This document shows, in pieces, positions 9,242-19,343 of a DNA stretch of 64,000 nt. The notes beneath the pieces are model-generated. The model was not told where the DNA came from, did no database searches, and saw nothing but the letters and a program-made list of their open reading frames with translations. The stretch comes from a virus. Lineage: Duplodnaviria > Caudoviricetes. The translations under genes and the position numbers were made by a program. The first letter of the stretch is position 1; each line of letters begins with the position of its first letter. Location: positions 32,001 to 96,000 of IMG/VR virus record IMGVR_UViG_3300017700_000931, one strand, 5' to 3'.

Positions 9242-9988
9242 TTAACCTTTAGCCAAAGCAAAATTTTTCAAAAAATCTCGTAAAAAAACATTTTTCTCAC
9301 CACCCATTTTTATAACCCAGCTAGCATAATTTTTTTTATTATCTTCTTCCCAACGAATAATATCATCAGTAGAAATTACTTCTGGGTTAAATGGTGTTTC
9401 CACATAATCTTTATACAGTTTCTTATTGAAAACACGTTCATCAACAATAAATGAAATACCTGTTAACATAGAATTTAGGTCCGGCTCATAAAATGTCGAT
9501 ACCTTAACATTCGCTTCTTTTAATTTAGCTAAATGTTGTTGCATCGAACCAATATACATTATCTCTCTAAATCCTTGTCTAACTTTATGACCTTCATTAG
9601 AAGTACCGCCATTTAAAAGAATACTTGTTTTCCATTCTTTAGCCCATCGAACGTATTGTTCATCCATTTCATCTGGGTCAATAACATATTTCACCACAAA
9701 ATCAGTATTTGAGTGTTCATGTTGAATACCCATTTGAATCCCCAACAAATTATATGGGACCAATGAATACATTCGTAATTCTAAGTATTTTTCAGACTTC
9801 AAATGAAGCTTACCATAAGTAACCTTAACACCTTTCAGATTAACTTTCAATAATGAACGAAATGTTTCCTCGTTACATTCTTGAGTGTAGAACATTTCTT
9901 CATCATCGGGATGGTTTTCCAATCCAGAAACTCTTATTTCAGATTCTATCGCCCACTCATAGGGTGTTTTTCTAATTTGTTTGTCCAT
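9242..9988 (-). CDS. phage Pth2-like (peptidyl-tRNA hydrolase fold) protein
   Basis: RMYSLV..GIQMGIQHEH, W..KTSILLNGG, FYEPDLNSMLTGISF recalled as Pth2-like pattern. Confidence 0.55.
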   Translation of the reverse strand: MDKQIRKTPYEWAIESEIRVSGLENHPDDEEMFYTQECNEETFRSLLKVNLKGVKVTYGKLHLKSEKYLELRMYSLVPYNLLGIQMGIQHEHSNTDFVVKYVIDPDEMDEQYVRWAKEWKTSILLNGGTSNEGHKVRQGFREIMYIGSMQQHLAKLKEANVKVSTFYEPDLNSMLTGISFIVDERVFNKKLYKDYVETPFNPEVISTDDIIRWEEDNKKNYASWVIKMGGEKNVFLRDFLKNFALAKG

Positions 9989-10202
9989 TATCTGGTTTTT
10001 GTTTATCGAAATCATAATTCGGCTTTAAGGGTTTGTATCTAAACTCAGTATCAGTTGTTTCAGCTTTAACCTCTTTGGTGGTGCTCTTTAACATCTCAGG
10101 TCTATTCTCTTCAATCCAGACAATATAGCTTGGGTCATTTTCGGTAACCCAACTTAATGTTTTACCTTTATGTTTACCACTTCTGAATATTAGTTCACCC
10201 AT
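9972..10202 (-). CDS. small protein with FRSGKHKGK motif (DUF3820/ExoX C-terminal-like)
   Basis: GKHKGKTL...SYIVW. Confidence 0.55.
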   Translation of the reverse strand: MGELIFRSGKHKGKTLSWVTENDPSYIVWIEENRPEMLKSTTKEVKAETTDTEFRYKPLKPNYDFDKQKPDNGQTN

Positions 10203-10273
10203 TTGACCACAAATATAAATAAAAAAAGGGAGACTACCAAATAATCTCCCTTTTTTATTATAATTTTTTATTT

Positions 10274-10684
10274 TTATACGATAACACCCTCTATTTCATA
10301 TTCCACAACATCTATTGGTTTAGATGAAGCTTTTTTAGTGTAATATGATACATCATCAACATAAAAGGTGTAATCACCATACCAATCTTCATTTACAAAT
10401 GAAGAATAGATTAAATTGATTAAGATTTCATTATCAATAATATCCCCGGATTCATTGTAATAAACCCAATCATCTATATTGTTACCACTTCTATCATTTT
10501 TTCGCTTGGCTAAGTATGATTCATCACGACCTAATGATAACGAATATTTTGATTTAATTGTGATTATTGTTTCGTTATCTGAATTTGATAACACAAACAT
10601 TAGTGTGGTGATAAATGCACCAAATGCGAATAATAAAACCATATTATCTGAATATTTCTTTAAATAGTGTTGGATTGGATACAA
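10274..10684 (-). CDS. membrane-anchored hypothetical protein
   Basis: N-terminal hydrophobic segment. Confidence 0.5.
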   Translation of the reverse strand: MYPIQHYLKKYSDNMVLLFAFGAFITTLMFVLSNSDNETIITIKSKYSLSLGRDESYLAKRKNDRSGNNIDDWVYYNESGDIIDNEILINLIYSSFVNEDWYGDYTFYVDDVSYYTKKASSKPIDVVEYEIEGVIV

Positions 10685-10841
10685 TCCAATTATAAATCAA
10701 ACTTTGAAGGTTTGGTGGTAATGGGAATCCTTGCATATACACCACATCCATAACAATATGGAATTCTGTGTTACTTGGAAACTCTAGGCCGTGTTGTAAA
10801 CTTGCAGCCTTTTTTAATAAATGAATTTTATTTGCTATCAT
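10644..10841 (-). CDS. hypothetical protein
   Basis: ATG at 10841. Confidence 0.5.
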   Translation of the reverse strand: MIANKIHLLKKAASLQHGLEFPSNTEFHIVMDVVYMQGFPLPPNLQSLIYNWIVSNPTLFKEIFR

Positions 10842-10907
10842 AACTTTTTTGATAATGATAACTATAAATATCAACAAATAAAGGATAAAGACCAAAAAAG
10901 GGTTGGC

Positions 10908-11960
10908 TTATAAGCCAACCCCCTCATCAAGTTTTTGAAAAAACCACTTCCTAGCTTTATCTGCAACAGATTTTGTTATCTCTTTAACCTCAAATCCATT
11001 ACCGACAATAGTATCTAATTCTTCCTTCACAACGTCTCCACTAACCCAACTTAAATAAACACCAGTACTTTTTCTTGAAAATTCATGGTGATTTTCTTTT
11101 AAGTATGTGAATCCTTGAAGTAATCTTGATTCAGTTAAAAATGAATCGACTAATTCATTGATAGAATTCATTCTTTCAATATCCACTGGAATTTTTTCCT
11201 TGGTGCCAGATGATTTATGCTCATCACCTTTGGTTTTAAACCAATATCTAGATTGATACCAACCTTCAGTGGTACAAACCCAAACAATTCCCTCACCAAC
11301 ACCTTCTTTACCGAAAGCTTTACCAACCGGACATTCTTTTTCAACCATTTCTACCAATTTAGTCATCTCATCGGCAGCTAATTTTGGTTCATTAAAATCA
11401 ATGGTCATTGAATATGTTGGGAAGTCTAGGATGTTGTAAATTCGTTCTTCAGGACTTTTAACCAATGATAATTGTTCATCCTTCAACCAAATATTATCAA
11501 TTTTGATGGCAAAAATGACAAACATTTTATCTAGGCCATTAATAGCAACACCTTTTTGAATACTTTTACCACACCACTCACCATATAACCTTACTACTTC
11601 AGGTGTATAACCTAAATCATCCCCAAAAACCTTCATTATTTTTGAAAGTAGGGCATTATTATCAATAGTGTTAGCGAATGAAGAGAATCCAGCATTATCA
11701 TTCAATGGAGTAATAATACTTTCTTTAGACTGTGTTTGCATTTCATATTCAAAAGCAAGGGGATTCCATACCCAAACAATTCCAGCATTGGTTCCATGTA
11801 ATTTAACCGAACCCCTGAACGTTAAAACAGGTAACGATGCAGATTCATCATACATTGGCTCACCTTGTTCATCATTTCCGATATACCTAGCTCTATGTGC
11901 TACTTGATAAATAACATTTCTGAAGAGCTCAATGCTAGGGAATTTATAAACTTTTTCCAT
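10908..11960 (-). CDS. RNA ligase, Rnl2-like
   Basis: Motif I KLHGTN, YGEWCG, GEGIVW, FKTK. Confidence 0.85.
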   Translation of the reverse strand: MEKVYKFPSIELFRNVIYQVAHRARYIGNDEQGEPMYDESASLPVLTFRGSVKLHGTNAGIVWVWNPLAFEYEMQTQSKESIITPLNDNAGFSSFANTIDNNALLSKIMKVFGDDLGYTPEVVRLYGEWCGKSIQKGVAINGLDKMFVIFAIKIDNIWLKDEQLSLVKSPEERIYNILDFPTYSMTIDFNEPKLAADEMTKLVEMVEKECPVGKAFGKEGVGEGIVWVCTTEGWYQSRYWFKTKGDEHKSSGTKEKIPVDIERMNSINELVDSFLTESRLLQGFTYLKENHHEFSRKSTGVYLSWVSGDVVKEELDTIVGNGFEVKEITKSVADKARKWFFQKLDEGVGL

Positions 11961-12496
11961 TACTCATTATCTAATTTAATTTCTTTTATTATCGAACCAG
12001 TTGGTAAATAAAGGTGATATTTTTGATAACCTGCATTACCAGATATTGGCAACCACCATGAATCATTTAATTCTTTTACAATGTAAACTTCAAGTCTTGG
12101 TGTATCAAGCGAATCCACTTCATAGATTGTTGTCAGATTCGCACTAATAGAACGTCTAACGATTCCACCACTATCATCTTTACGATAATAATTATAAACC
12201 TGTTTCTCACCTATGTGGCCGGAACCCAAAATGAAATTGCCATCAGTGTTATTTCCATCATTAATCGAAACTAATTCATGAACCACTTTTTCAGTGTATG
12301 GCATATCCTTCATGAAGAGTTGACCACCTAGACCCCATATCATAGGGGTAAGTAAACCAGTAATAAAAATAGCCATCACAATACCACAAAAATAATTAAT
12401 TATTTTTTTAATTATAGTCTGCCCGTATGATAAATCCCTAACGATTGCGATTGAACAGATTATACTAATAACGAAAATTATACAAAATATTATCAT
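11960..12496 (-). CDS. membrane protein
   Basis: Two N-terminal TM segments; ATGA overlap with ligase stop. Confidence 0.65.
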   Translation of the reverse strand: MIIFCIIFVISIICSIAIVRDLSYGQTIIKKIINYFCGIVMAIFITGLLTPMIWGLGGQLFMKDMPYTEKVVHELVSINDGNNTDGNFILGSGHIGEKQVYNYYRKDDSGGIVRRSISANLTTIYEVDSLDTPRLEVYIVKELNDSWWLPISGNAGYQKYHLYLPTGSIIKEIKLDNE

Positions 12497-13887
12497 ACTA
12501 ATGTTTTTACCATGTGTTCGATTTCCTTAGCTGATTCTAATGAATCACAAGTGTTTTTATCCGTCCTTAATTCCACTACGGATGGATGTAAAGTAGACCA
12601 ATTACCATCTGAATCTTGGGATAATCCGCAACATCTTATTTCTACAACGCTACCCATTAATTTTTCTTGATTTTCGGTAACGTACTTCATCATTTCTTCG
12701 TTCATACCTGATGGATTTGTTTTTAACAAACCACAAGATGACTCAGTTCTAATTGTTGAAATAACATTTTCATTCTTGGTGCCCTTAGTTCCATAATTAA
12801 AACCAACGATTTTTAAATCAATAGACATTTCAAGTTTCATTTTTACTTGCCAGTTGGGTTTGCCATCTTTCCAAGCTCCATCATGCGCCTTAAGAATAGT
12901 TCCTTCGAGACCTTTAGCTAATGCTGTTTGAAAATGGGCCATCGCATCTGAATAAGATTCACATAGAACATTTTCTACCACACATACCTTGTTGTTTTCA
13001 TTTTGATTACCAAATAAAACACCCTCTAAATTTTTAAGTCTTTCATGATATGGTACTGATGTTTTTTTATTAAAATACTCATCAGTTGTAATCATATCCC
13101 AAACTGTAAACCGGATACCATTTATTGCATCAATATAAGGACCATGTTTTTTATCGAACGCACTTATTTTTTTAAGTGTTTCTACTTCACCTCTTTCTTC
13201 ACGCTTACCTTCGATATCTACGATTGATGCAACCATACCATTCGCAGTATATCTGTCGTATCCATCAATAGTTAATTCACCATTCAAAACAACGTCATTC
13301 AATAATTCCAATTCTTTTAAAAATGGTGCATTACCAACGAATGTTGTTTCACTTTGTCTTGAAACCAATTCAACTTCACCACCACGAATAATCGCATTAC
13401 AATAACGACCATCCATTTTTATTTGTGAAAAGGCTTTTTTACTTTTGTTGAAAATATCTTTAGCCAATTTTTCTGAAAATGATTTAGCTCCCATGTATGG
13501 TGTTTCTTCAATCAAATTAGGGATGACTTTATTTATCCCAGAGTCCATACCAATTTTCAAGTCTTTTTGAATGATACGTTCAATAACATAAGCATCATCT
13601 GATAATACTGATGAAAGAATATCTCTTAAATATTCAATAGCATCATTACCAGTGACTTCTCGATTGATTAATTTATCAAGTTTTTTCAATGCTTCATCAA
13701 GAGTTAAAGATGAATTACCATCCTTTGTGTATTCTGGAATTTGCTTAATATAAAACTTAATGCGTTTTGAATCGGCCAGATAAAGAACTCGTTTTAATAA
13801 TTCATTATCCTTGTATTTACCAAGAATCGCTAATTTAGCAAGCTTACCATTATCAGCCGCAATTTCATCTAAAATTTGTTTAATCAT
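12493..13887 (-). CDS. ATP-dependent DNA ligase
   Basis: KMDGRY, LNGEL, EGTILK, KMK motifs; C-terminal OB fold. Confidence 0.9.
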   Translation of the reverse strand: MIKQILDEIAADNGKLAKLAILGKYKDNELLKRVLYLADSKRIKFYIKQIPEYTKDGNSSLTLDEALKKLDKLINREVTGNDAIEYLRDILSSVLSDDAYVIERIIQKDLKIGMDSGINKVIPNLIEETPYMGAKSFSEKLAKDIFNKSKKAFSQIKMDGRYCNAIIRGGEVELVSRQSETTFVGNAPFLKELELLNDVVLNGELTIDGYDRYTANGMVASIVDIEGKREERGEVETLKKISAFDKKHGPYIDAINGIRFTVWDMITTDEYFNKKTSVPYHERLKNLEGVLFGNQNENNKVCVVENVLCESYSDAMAHFQTALAKGLEGTILKAHDGAWKDGKPNWQVKMKLEMSIDLKIVGFNYGTKGTKNENVISTIRTESSCGLLKTNPSGMNEEMMKYVTENQEKLMGSVVEIRCCGLSQDSDGNWSTLHPSVVELRTDKNTCDSLESAKEIEHMVKTLV

Positions 13888-14117
13888 TTTTTTTGTTTTG
13901 GTAATTCATATTTTTCACTAAGCATTTCGATAACCCAATCGATGTTTTTATCGTCTTCACTATCACCAATGTGTAAGTTGGCCTTAATTTCATCCCATGC
14001 TTTATCTTCAAGAGCTTTTTTTTCTTCGGCTTCTTTAAGAGCGGCGGCTTCCATTATTTTTTTATCGGACTCACGCATTTCATGCTCTGCCCGTTCATTT
14101 TTCCAAGTTTCTGACAT
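13884..14117 (-). CDS. hypothetical protein
   Basis: ORF coupled to ligase start. Confidence 0.6.
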   Translation of the reverse strand: MSETWKNERAEHEMRESDKKIMEAAALKEAEEKKALEDKAWDEIKANLHIGDSEDDKNIDWVIEMLSEKYELPKQKK

Positions 14118-14118
14118 A

Positions 14119-14625
14119 TTAAGCTGCTTGTTTTTCTAATTTTAATAATTTTTCAAGGTGGGCCCACATTGGCTTACCTTGTTCTGGTGTGTTTGCAAAT
14201 AAAAACCCACGGAATTGTTCGTATTCTGAAGCATACATATCAACTTTACCACCATGTTCAATGTTTGCAATTCTATCAGCCAATTTAAGAATAATTGAAT
14301 CTGGGTTGGAGGCTGTTTTAGGTAATGTTTTTGCTTTTTTCTCAGCTCTATCTCTACCTAATTCATCAGTCACACAATAAACCATTTCAGCCACAACAAA
14401 TCCAAAATGTCTTTTAACTTTGTTATAAGACAATGGTGTATCCTCAATAATATCGTGCAAGTATCCGGCTACAATGAATTTACCAGAGAAACCAAAACGT
14501 TTCAATACATCAACAACATCATCTAAGTGTTTTTTATAAGGAAAAATTCCATCATAATCTTGGTTTCCATGGGCTTTAATGGAAACCATTCTAGCCTCTC
14601 GGTATATTTTATCAGAGTATTCCAT
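14119..14625 (-). CDS. HD-domain small alarmone hydrolase (Mesh1/SpoT-HD-like)
   Basis: HGNQ..PY..HL, LHDIIEDT, KLADRIANI. Confidence 0.85.
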   Translation of the reverse strand: MEYSDKIYREARMVSIKAHGNQDYDGIFPYKKHLDDVVDVLKRFGFSGKFIVAGYLHDIIEDTPLSYNKVKRHFGFVVAEMVYCVTDELGRDRAEKKAKTLPKTASNPDSIILKLADRIANIEHGGKVDMYASEYEQFRGFLFANTPEQGKPMWAHLEKLLKLEKQAA

Positions 14626-14684
14626 AAAAATTTGTTTAATGCAAATTTACACATAATATTCCAGTAAAACAAATTTTTATAAGA

Positions 14685-15209
14685 TTATTTAGTACGCTTT
14701 GATTTTTTACCATTCCACTCATCCTTTATTGCTAACCAAGGGAATAATTTATAAAATTTTGACCAGACTCTTTTAGACCTTTTTTTACTTGGATATCGAA
14801 TAGAATTACCACTACTTCCGCCACTGCCAACTTTAACATCTTTGTTATCCCGACCCTCTTTTATTGGAGTCTTTGACATTTCAATTTCTTGTAAATTTTT
14901 TTTCCTTCTTATTTCATACCATTTAGAAAGTACGTCATCACGCTTTAAGCCTAATTCTATTGATATGATTATTATTTGAATTGGTGCCCTAAGCCATCCA
15001 TTTTTTAAGTACTGAGTGGGTTCATAAGGGGCTGTTAAACAATCATAAGCAGAGATACCCATAGCAATTGCTATTTGGGCCTCTTGAAGTGTTTTATCAT
15101 AATCAAACATTAGTTCTAATCCATGAGCTTCATGCATTAAAAATTCCATTCTACGATGCATTTGTCTTCTATCTCTAGCCATGATTATTCCACATCCGGT
15201 TTTAACCAA
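14685..15209 (-). CDS. hypothetical protein
   Basis: 174-aa ORF. Confidence 0.5.
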   Translation of the reverse strand: MVKTGCGIIMARDRRQMHRRMEFLMHEAHGLELMFDYDKTLQEAQIAIAMGISAYDCLTAPYEPTQYLKNGWLRAPIQIIIISIELGLKRDDVLSKWYEIRRKKNLQEIEMSKTPIKEGRDNKDVKVGSGGSSGNSIRYPSKKRSKRVWSKFYKLFPWLAIKDEWNGKKSKRTK

Positions 15210-15379
15210 TGTGTTACGATTTGATTAGTGCAACCCCAATGAGGTTTACCATTGGTTAAATGAAAATTAACGTGTATGATTCCAATATCACCCATCATTC
15301 TTTTAGTAAAGACAATATACTTACCATCTTTTTTTGGTAACTCACTAACGGGTGTTTTTGTAAAGTTTTCTCCTAACAT
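15185..15379 (-). CDS. hypothetical protein
   Basis: 64-aa ORF. Confidence 0.5.
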   Translation of the reverse strand: MLGENFTKTPVSELPKKDGKYIVFTKRMMGDIGIIHVNFHLTNGKPHWGCTNQIVTHWLKPDVE

Positions 15380-15390
15380 AATTCAAATGT

Positions 15391-15421
15391 AAAAATGCTC
15401 TAGGTTAACCTAGAGCATTTT
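15391..15421 (-). terminator. intrinsic terminator overlapping Rnl1 stop
   Basis: AAATGCTCTAGG-TTAA-CCTAGAGCATTTTT. Confidence 0.7.
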
Positions 15422-16537
15422 GTATAATAATTTATTATCATAACCGGACATGAATTCTCTTACTGTAGAAACCTTATTATCCTTAAGAGAAAAATACATA
15501 CCAGTGAAAGGTTTTAAGTCTAATTTATTAGCGACCTCGAAAACTGCCATGGCATATTTTTTTTGTTCTGCTGGTGTAATATTTTTAGGTTTTCTAAGTT
15601 TTAATTCTTCCCACCCAGCTTCCAATCTTGAAAGTAGAGCAACATAATTAGTGCTCAATTTTTCAATCTCTTCTTTTCGTTCTGGAAAAGTAGCAACGAA
15701 CTCTTCAATTTCATTTGTCTTAACAACATCCATAATTGCATGCTCAGATGTTTTAGATTTCAAATGGTGCACAGCTACATATGCTGGGTTCTTAACCTTA
15801 ATTCGGTTAAAATTACCATCAACAACAACATAACCCTCTTCGTGCCAAATCATGTTTTCAAATGTTCGCAACAAAGCACCAACATTACCATGGTTAAGGT
15901 CGTATGACTTAACTACTGGCACATTCAGGAATTCTTCAGCTTTATTTTTTAAAACACCGTATGGTAATTCTTGCAATGAAAGTCTATTTCTCATCGCCAA
16001 TAAAGTAGCTGAAGACTCACCATGTGGTTTTACCACAATGTTGTATGGTGTTGTTAATTCAAAAACATAAATGAAGTCTTTTTCTAAAAACTTTGAATCT
16101 GGAGTTAATGAATATTTATCCTTAAGCGTACCCCAAAATAATTCGCTAAAAGTAGTACCCATTTTATTGTTTACTTCACCTTCACCTTCGGCAGTACCAG
16201 TAGTACCAGCGAACCATTTGTTGTTATTCCAATCCCAATAAACTTGAATCATGGAACCATCCATTTTTTCTAAAACATGAGCAGTATCCCAGTCAATTTT
16301 TGCTGCGTGACCTTCTCCGCTATTGAAGAATTTGAAAAACGGTAAGGACATAACTTTCCAAGTACCTTTTTCTAGAATTAATCCTCTAGCTTCTTGAACA
16401 ATAGGCTCACCCATTGAAGACTCAATTTGGTCATATTTAATAAGGACCTTATTTTCATAATCTCTAGACTTAAGGGCAAAATCCTTAAGTGTTTTTTCAA
16501 GACCATGTAATTTTATATATTCAACAATTTTTAACAT
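15410..16537 (-). CDS. RNA ligase 1 (T4 Rnl1-like, tRNA repair)
   Basis: EARGLIL, FFKFFN, EKMDGS, EEGYVV, KVKNPAY. Confidence 0.9.
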   Translation of the reverse strand: MLKIVEYIKLHGLEKTLKDFALKSRDYENKVLIKYDQIESSMGEPIVQEARGLILEKGTWKVMSLPFFKFFNSGEGHAAKIDWDTAHVLEKMDGSMIQVYWDWNNNKWFAGTTGTAEGEGEVNNKMGTTFSELFWGTLKDKYSLTPDSKFLEKDFIYVFELTTPYNIVVKPHGESSATLLAMRNRLSLQELPYGVLKNKAEEFLNVPVVKSYDLNHGNVGALLRTFENMIWHEEGYVVVDGNFNRIKVKNPAYVAVHHLKSKTSEHAIMDVVKTNEIEEFVATFPERKEEIEKLSTNYVALLSRLEAGWEELKLRKPKNITPAEQKKYAMAVFEVANKLDLKPFTGMYFSLKDNKVSTVREFMSGYDNKLLYKML

Positions 16538-16541
16538 TTTA

Positions 16542-17108
16542 TCAATTTTTTAATTCTTTAATACGAATTTTAATATCATGAGGAGCTGTTTCATCACCAC
16601 CAAAATAAGGGTACAGAATATAATTCATACCTCTATCATATTTGTTGGTTCTATCCATTGAAATAACCACATTATCGACTGTGAAAACGTATGAATCCGG
16701 TTCAACTAGAATAGAATATGTATGCGTTTCATTAAAACCAACTGAAGTAATGTATTCATTCGACATTACCTCGTTATTATAAACGTAAGCATAAATTTCA
16801 ATAATATTATCGGTTGTGGACCATCTCCAGCCAAATCTGGCTGAATTCTTTTGGTGGTGTTGGTTATTGTCAGCAAAACCATACAATTTATTAATCGCAT
16901 ACTGGTTTTCTGGCAAAACACTTTCGTATTTAGCAGACTCATCAAATATTGCCTCAAATACCAATTCATTTGAAGACATCGTATTGAAGCTATTTGTAGA
17001 CTTATGGTTCCCTTCTTTTATTGTGTAAATTTTAAAACCATTCGCATCCTCTTTCTTACAACTATTGAGTGTAAGAATAACAATAATAAAATAGATTAAA
17101 TTTTTCAT
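16542..17108 (-). CDS. lipoprotein
   Basis: Signal MKNLIYFIIVILTLNSC followed by KKED; TATCTTTG at 17129-17136. Confidence 0.75.
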   Translation of the reverse strand: MKNLIYFIIVILTLNSCKKEDANGFKIYTIKEGNHKSTNSFNTMSSNELVFEAIFDESAKYESVLPENQYAINKLYGFADNNQHHQKNSARFGWRWSTTDNIIEIYAYVYNNEVMSNEYITSVGFNETHTYSILVEPDSYVFTVDNVVISMDRTNKYDRGMNYILYPYFGGDETAPHDIKIRIKELKN

Positions 17109-17177
17109 AACACAATCTTTTAATTGCTCAAAGATAAGCATTATTTTTTAATCTACCAAATTTAAAGTTGATTTTAA

Positions 17178-17576
17178 TTACAGGTCATCGTCGTCATCAT
17201 CGTTATCCCCCATTAATCCAAGGATACCATTGATGTCATCAAGATTTTCACTAGTCATACCATTCATACCACTCAAGCCATCGAATTTAGCCATCATGTT
17301 ACTACGTATGAGTCCACCGATTGGGGATTTCATCAAATCGTCCAGAATGTTTTTAGCTGTTAACATCGAACAGACATTATTGAATTCACCCATATCCTTA
17401 GAATTGAGTATTAAACCACCCAATAGGATTAATGTATTACCAACGGATAAAACGCAATAATCATCATTATTTTTACCCTCAATGAGTAAGCTCTTCCCCA
17501 TTTTAATTAGTTTAGCACTAATAACCATTCTACGTGCTTGATTTTCTGGGGATTCTATGAAGTCTTTTTTATCCAT
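17178..17576 (-). CDS. hypothetical protein
   Basis: 132-aa ORF with acidic tail. Confidence 0.6.
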   Translation of the reverse strand: MDKKDFIESPENQARRMVISAKLIKMGKSLLIEGKNNDDYCVLSVGNTLILLGGLILNSKDMGEFNNVCSMLTAKNILDDLMKSPIGGLIRSNMMAKFDGLSGMNGMTSENLDDINGILGLMGDNDDDDDDL

Positions 17577-17638
17577 GATAATTTTTTTATTTTAAGTATT
17601 CTACGAAGTTATCGAAAATTTTTTTAATTTATTGGTTT

Positions 17639-18034
17639 TTATGCAAACATTTTGAATTTAATTCCTAAATCATTTAGAGATTCACCAACAAGGGAATTAT
17701 ATCTACCAAAAGACCCAGACATAATTTCAGCAAAATGTGTCCATTTAACAACATGTGGCTCATCTGTTTGTATAGTGCCAGCCCAATCCTTAACCAAGTA
17801 TGTATAACCCATATAACCATCTTTATGAATGGCAAAAACCAATTCCATAGTCTTAGTATCAATACTTAATCCGGTTTCTTCATAAACTTCTCTACTCAAA
17901 GCATTTTCCATCGAATCATCCTCTGGGTCCACTTTGCCACCAGCAAGGCCGAAATCATTGTGGTCAGTTTTTCTAGAAACTGCTAAAACTTCACCCTTAT
18001 CATTTAAGATGATTGCTTGTACGGTATATTTCAT
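17639..18034 (-). CDS. Nudix hydrolase
   Basis: GGKVDPEDDSMENALSREVYEETG Nudix box. Confidence 0.9.
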   Translation of the reverse strand: MKYTVQAIILNDKGEVLAVSRKTDHNDFGLAGGKVDPEDDSMENALSREVYEETGLSIDTKTMELVFAIHKDGYMGYTYLVKDWAGTIQTDEPHVVKWTHFAEIMSGSFGRYNSLVGESLNDLGIKFKMFA

Positions 18035-19029
18035 TCTGCTAAATTTGAATTACTGAATTGGTTCATACCTGTTACTTCCATGATTAGAACTTCTTTTAAC
18101 CAATCAGGAAGATTTAATTCATAGGTTTCGGATGGAAGCTCAATTTCCGCAATTACAAGTCTTAAACCATGACCAACAATGTCAGACCTAGTTCCCATCA
18201 AATCAACTTCCCATTTTAGTCCACCATCAATGTTTTTAATGAATCTACTTTTTCGAAGAGAACGTTTTTCTTTCACTGATAATGTAACATAGTCCTCCCT
18301 AGTTATTTCAATCTCATCTTCTTCGTTAGACATATGAGATATTCTATTTTTAGTTGTTTGAGTATATTCAATATCTGTAGGTAAATCTCTTTGAGTTTTT
18401 CTTATTCTTTCAACCACTGGAGCACCCTTTTCCGATAAATAAATTTGATGAATTGATAATTCATCATCCCACTTAACATTTGGTAATCGTTTAAGTAAAA
18501 ATCTCCTTTCGATTTCAATATTTATTGGTTTTTTCGGTTCCGGCTGGCTTTTCAATTCAGTCCTTAATTCCATCCACATATTACCTAATATGTTAGCTCC
18601 TTCCCAAGTACCATCTGGTAGCTTCATTGCACCCCAAAAAAGATTACTGTTTTTTGCTCCACGAGCAGTAACATCTTCGTAAATTGGTATCTCTCCAGAA
18701 CCAAGTAATATTTCTTTAAGTTCAGAATGTTGTTCAATTTTAAGCTTAATACAAAGCCTCATATTGGCTAAATCTTCTTCAGAAGTTGGGACTACTGACA
18801 TCCAATCACGATTTGCTTTTGCAACTAACTTAGCAGTAAAACCATTACTTGCTAATCTAATTTCTTCACGTATTGGGGAATTCTCAGGGAATCGCATTGC
18901 TTGAAATAATGCTTCAGTACTTTTCCACTCTATTCCATCATGAATGATTCTAAAATTTGACATATTACCCATCCAACCGAATGGTAAATTTGATTTTGTA
19001 AAGGCGATTTCTGTTATCTGATTATTCAT
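18031..19029 (-). CDS. NADAR (YbiA-like)-CYTH fusion
   Basis: N: LSNM/STEALFQAM..FWG..GANILG; C: EIERRFLL, EVDL, IAEIEL. Confidence 0.8.
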   Translation of the reverse strand: MNNQITEIAFTKSNLPFGWMGNMSNFRIIHDGIEWKSTEALFQAMRFPENSPIREEIRLASNGFTAKLVAKANRDWMSVVPTSEEDLANMRLCIKLKIEQHSELKEILLGSGEIPIYEDVTARGAKNSNLFWGAMKLPDGTWEGANILGNMWMELRTELKSQPEPKKPINIEIERRFLLKRLPNVKWDDELSIHQIYLSEKGAPVVERIRKTQRDLPTDIEYTQTTKNRISHMSNEEDEIEITREDYVTLSVKEKRSLRKSRFIKNIDGGLKWEVDLMGTRSDIVGHGLRLVIAEIELPSETYELNLPDWLKEVLIMEVTGMNQFSNSNLAE

Positions 19030-19340
19030 GATTCAATTATTTTTCGATATTTGGCAGTCATTACATTTAATAAATGAGTTTCAACACTCAAAGGAAATTT
19101 TTTATTCTTAACTAATCTTTTTGATTCAGTAATAAATAAATTACCAAAATATTTTAAATGAACACTTGATTTCATTAATCTCAAAGCATTCAATTTTTGG
19201 TCATACTTACAGAATATTGTATTAACTTCATGTATGTGTGCCGGATATTCTTTATTCAATATTTCAGCCAATTTTATTCCAGCTACCATATCGGTACCAC
19301 ACCAAGTAGTATGGTCAGCTATGTAAATTCTGTTTTTCAT
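19026..19340 (-). CDS. hypothetical protein
   Basis: ORF in operon. Confidence 0.55.
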   Translation of the reverse strand: MKNRIYIADHTTWCGTDMVAGIKLAEILNKEYPAHIHEVNTIFCKYDQKLNALRLMKSSVHLKYFGNLFITESKRLVKNKKFPLSVETHLLNVMTAKYRKIIES

Positions 19341-19343
19341 ATT

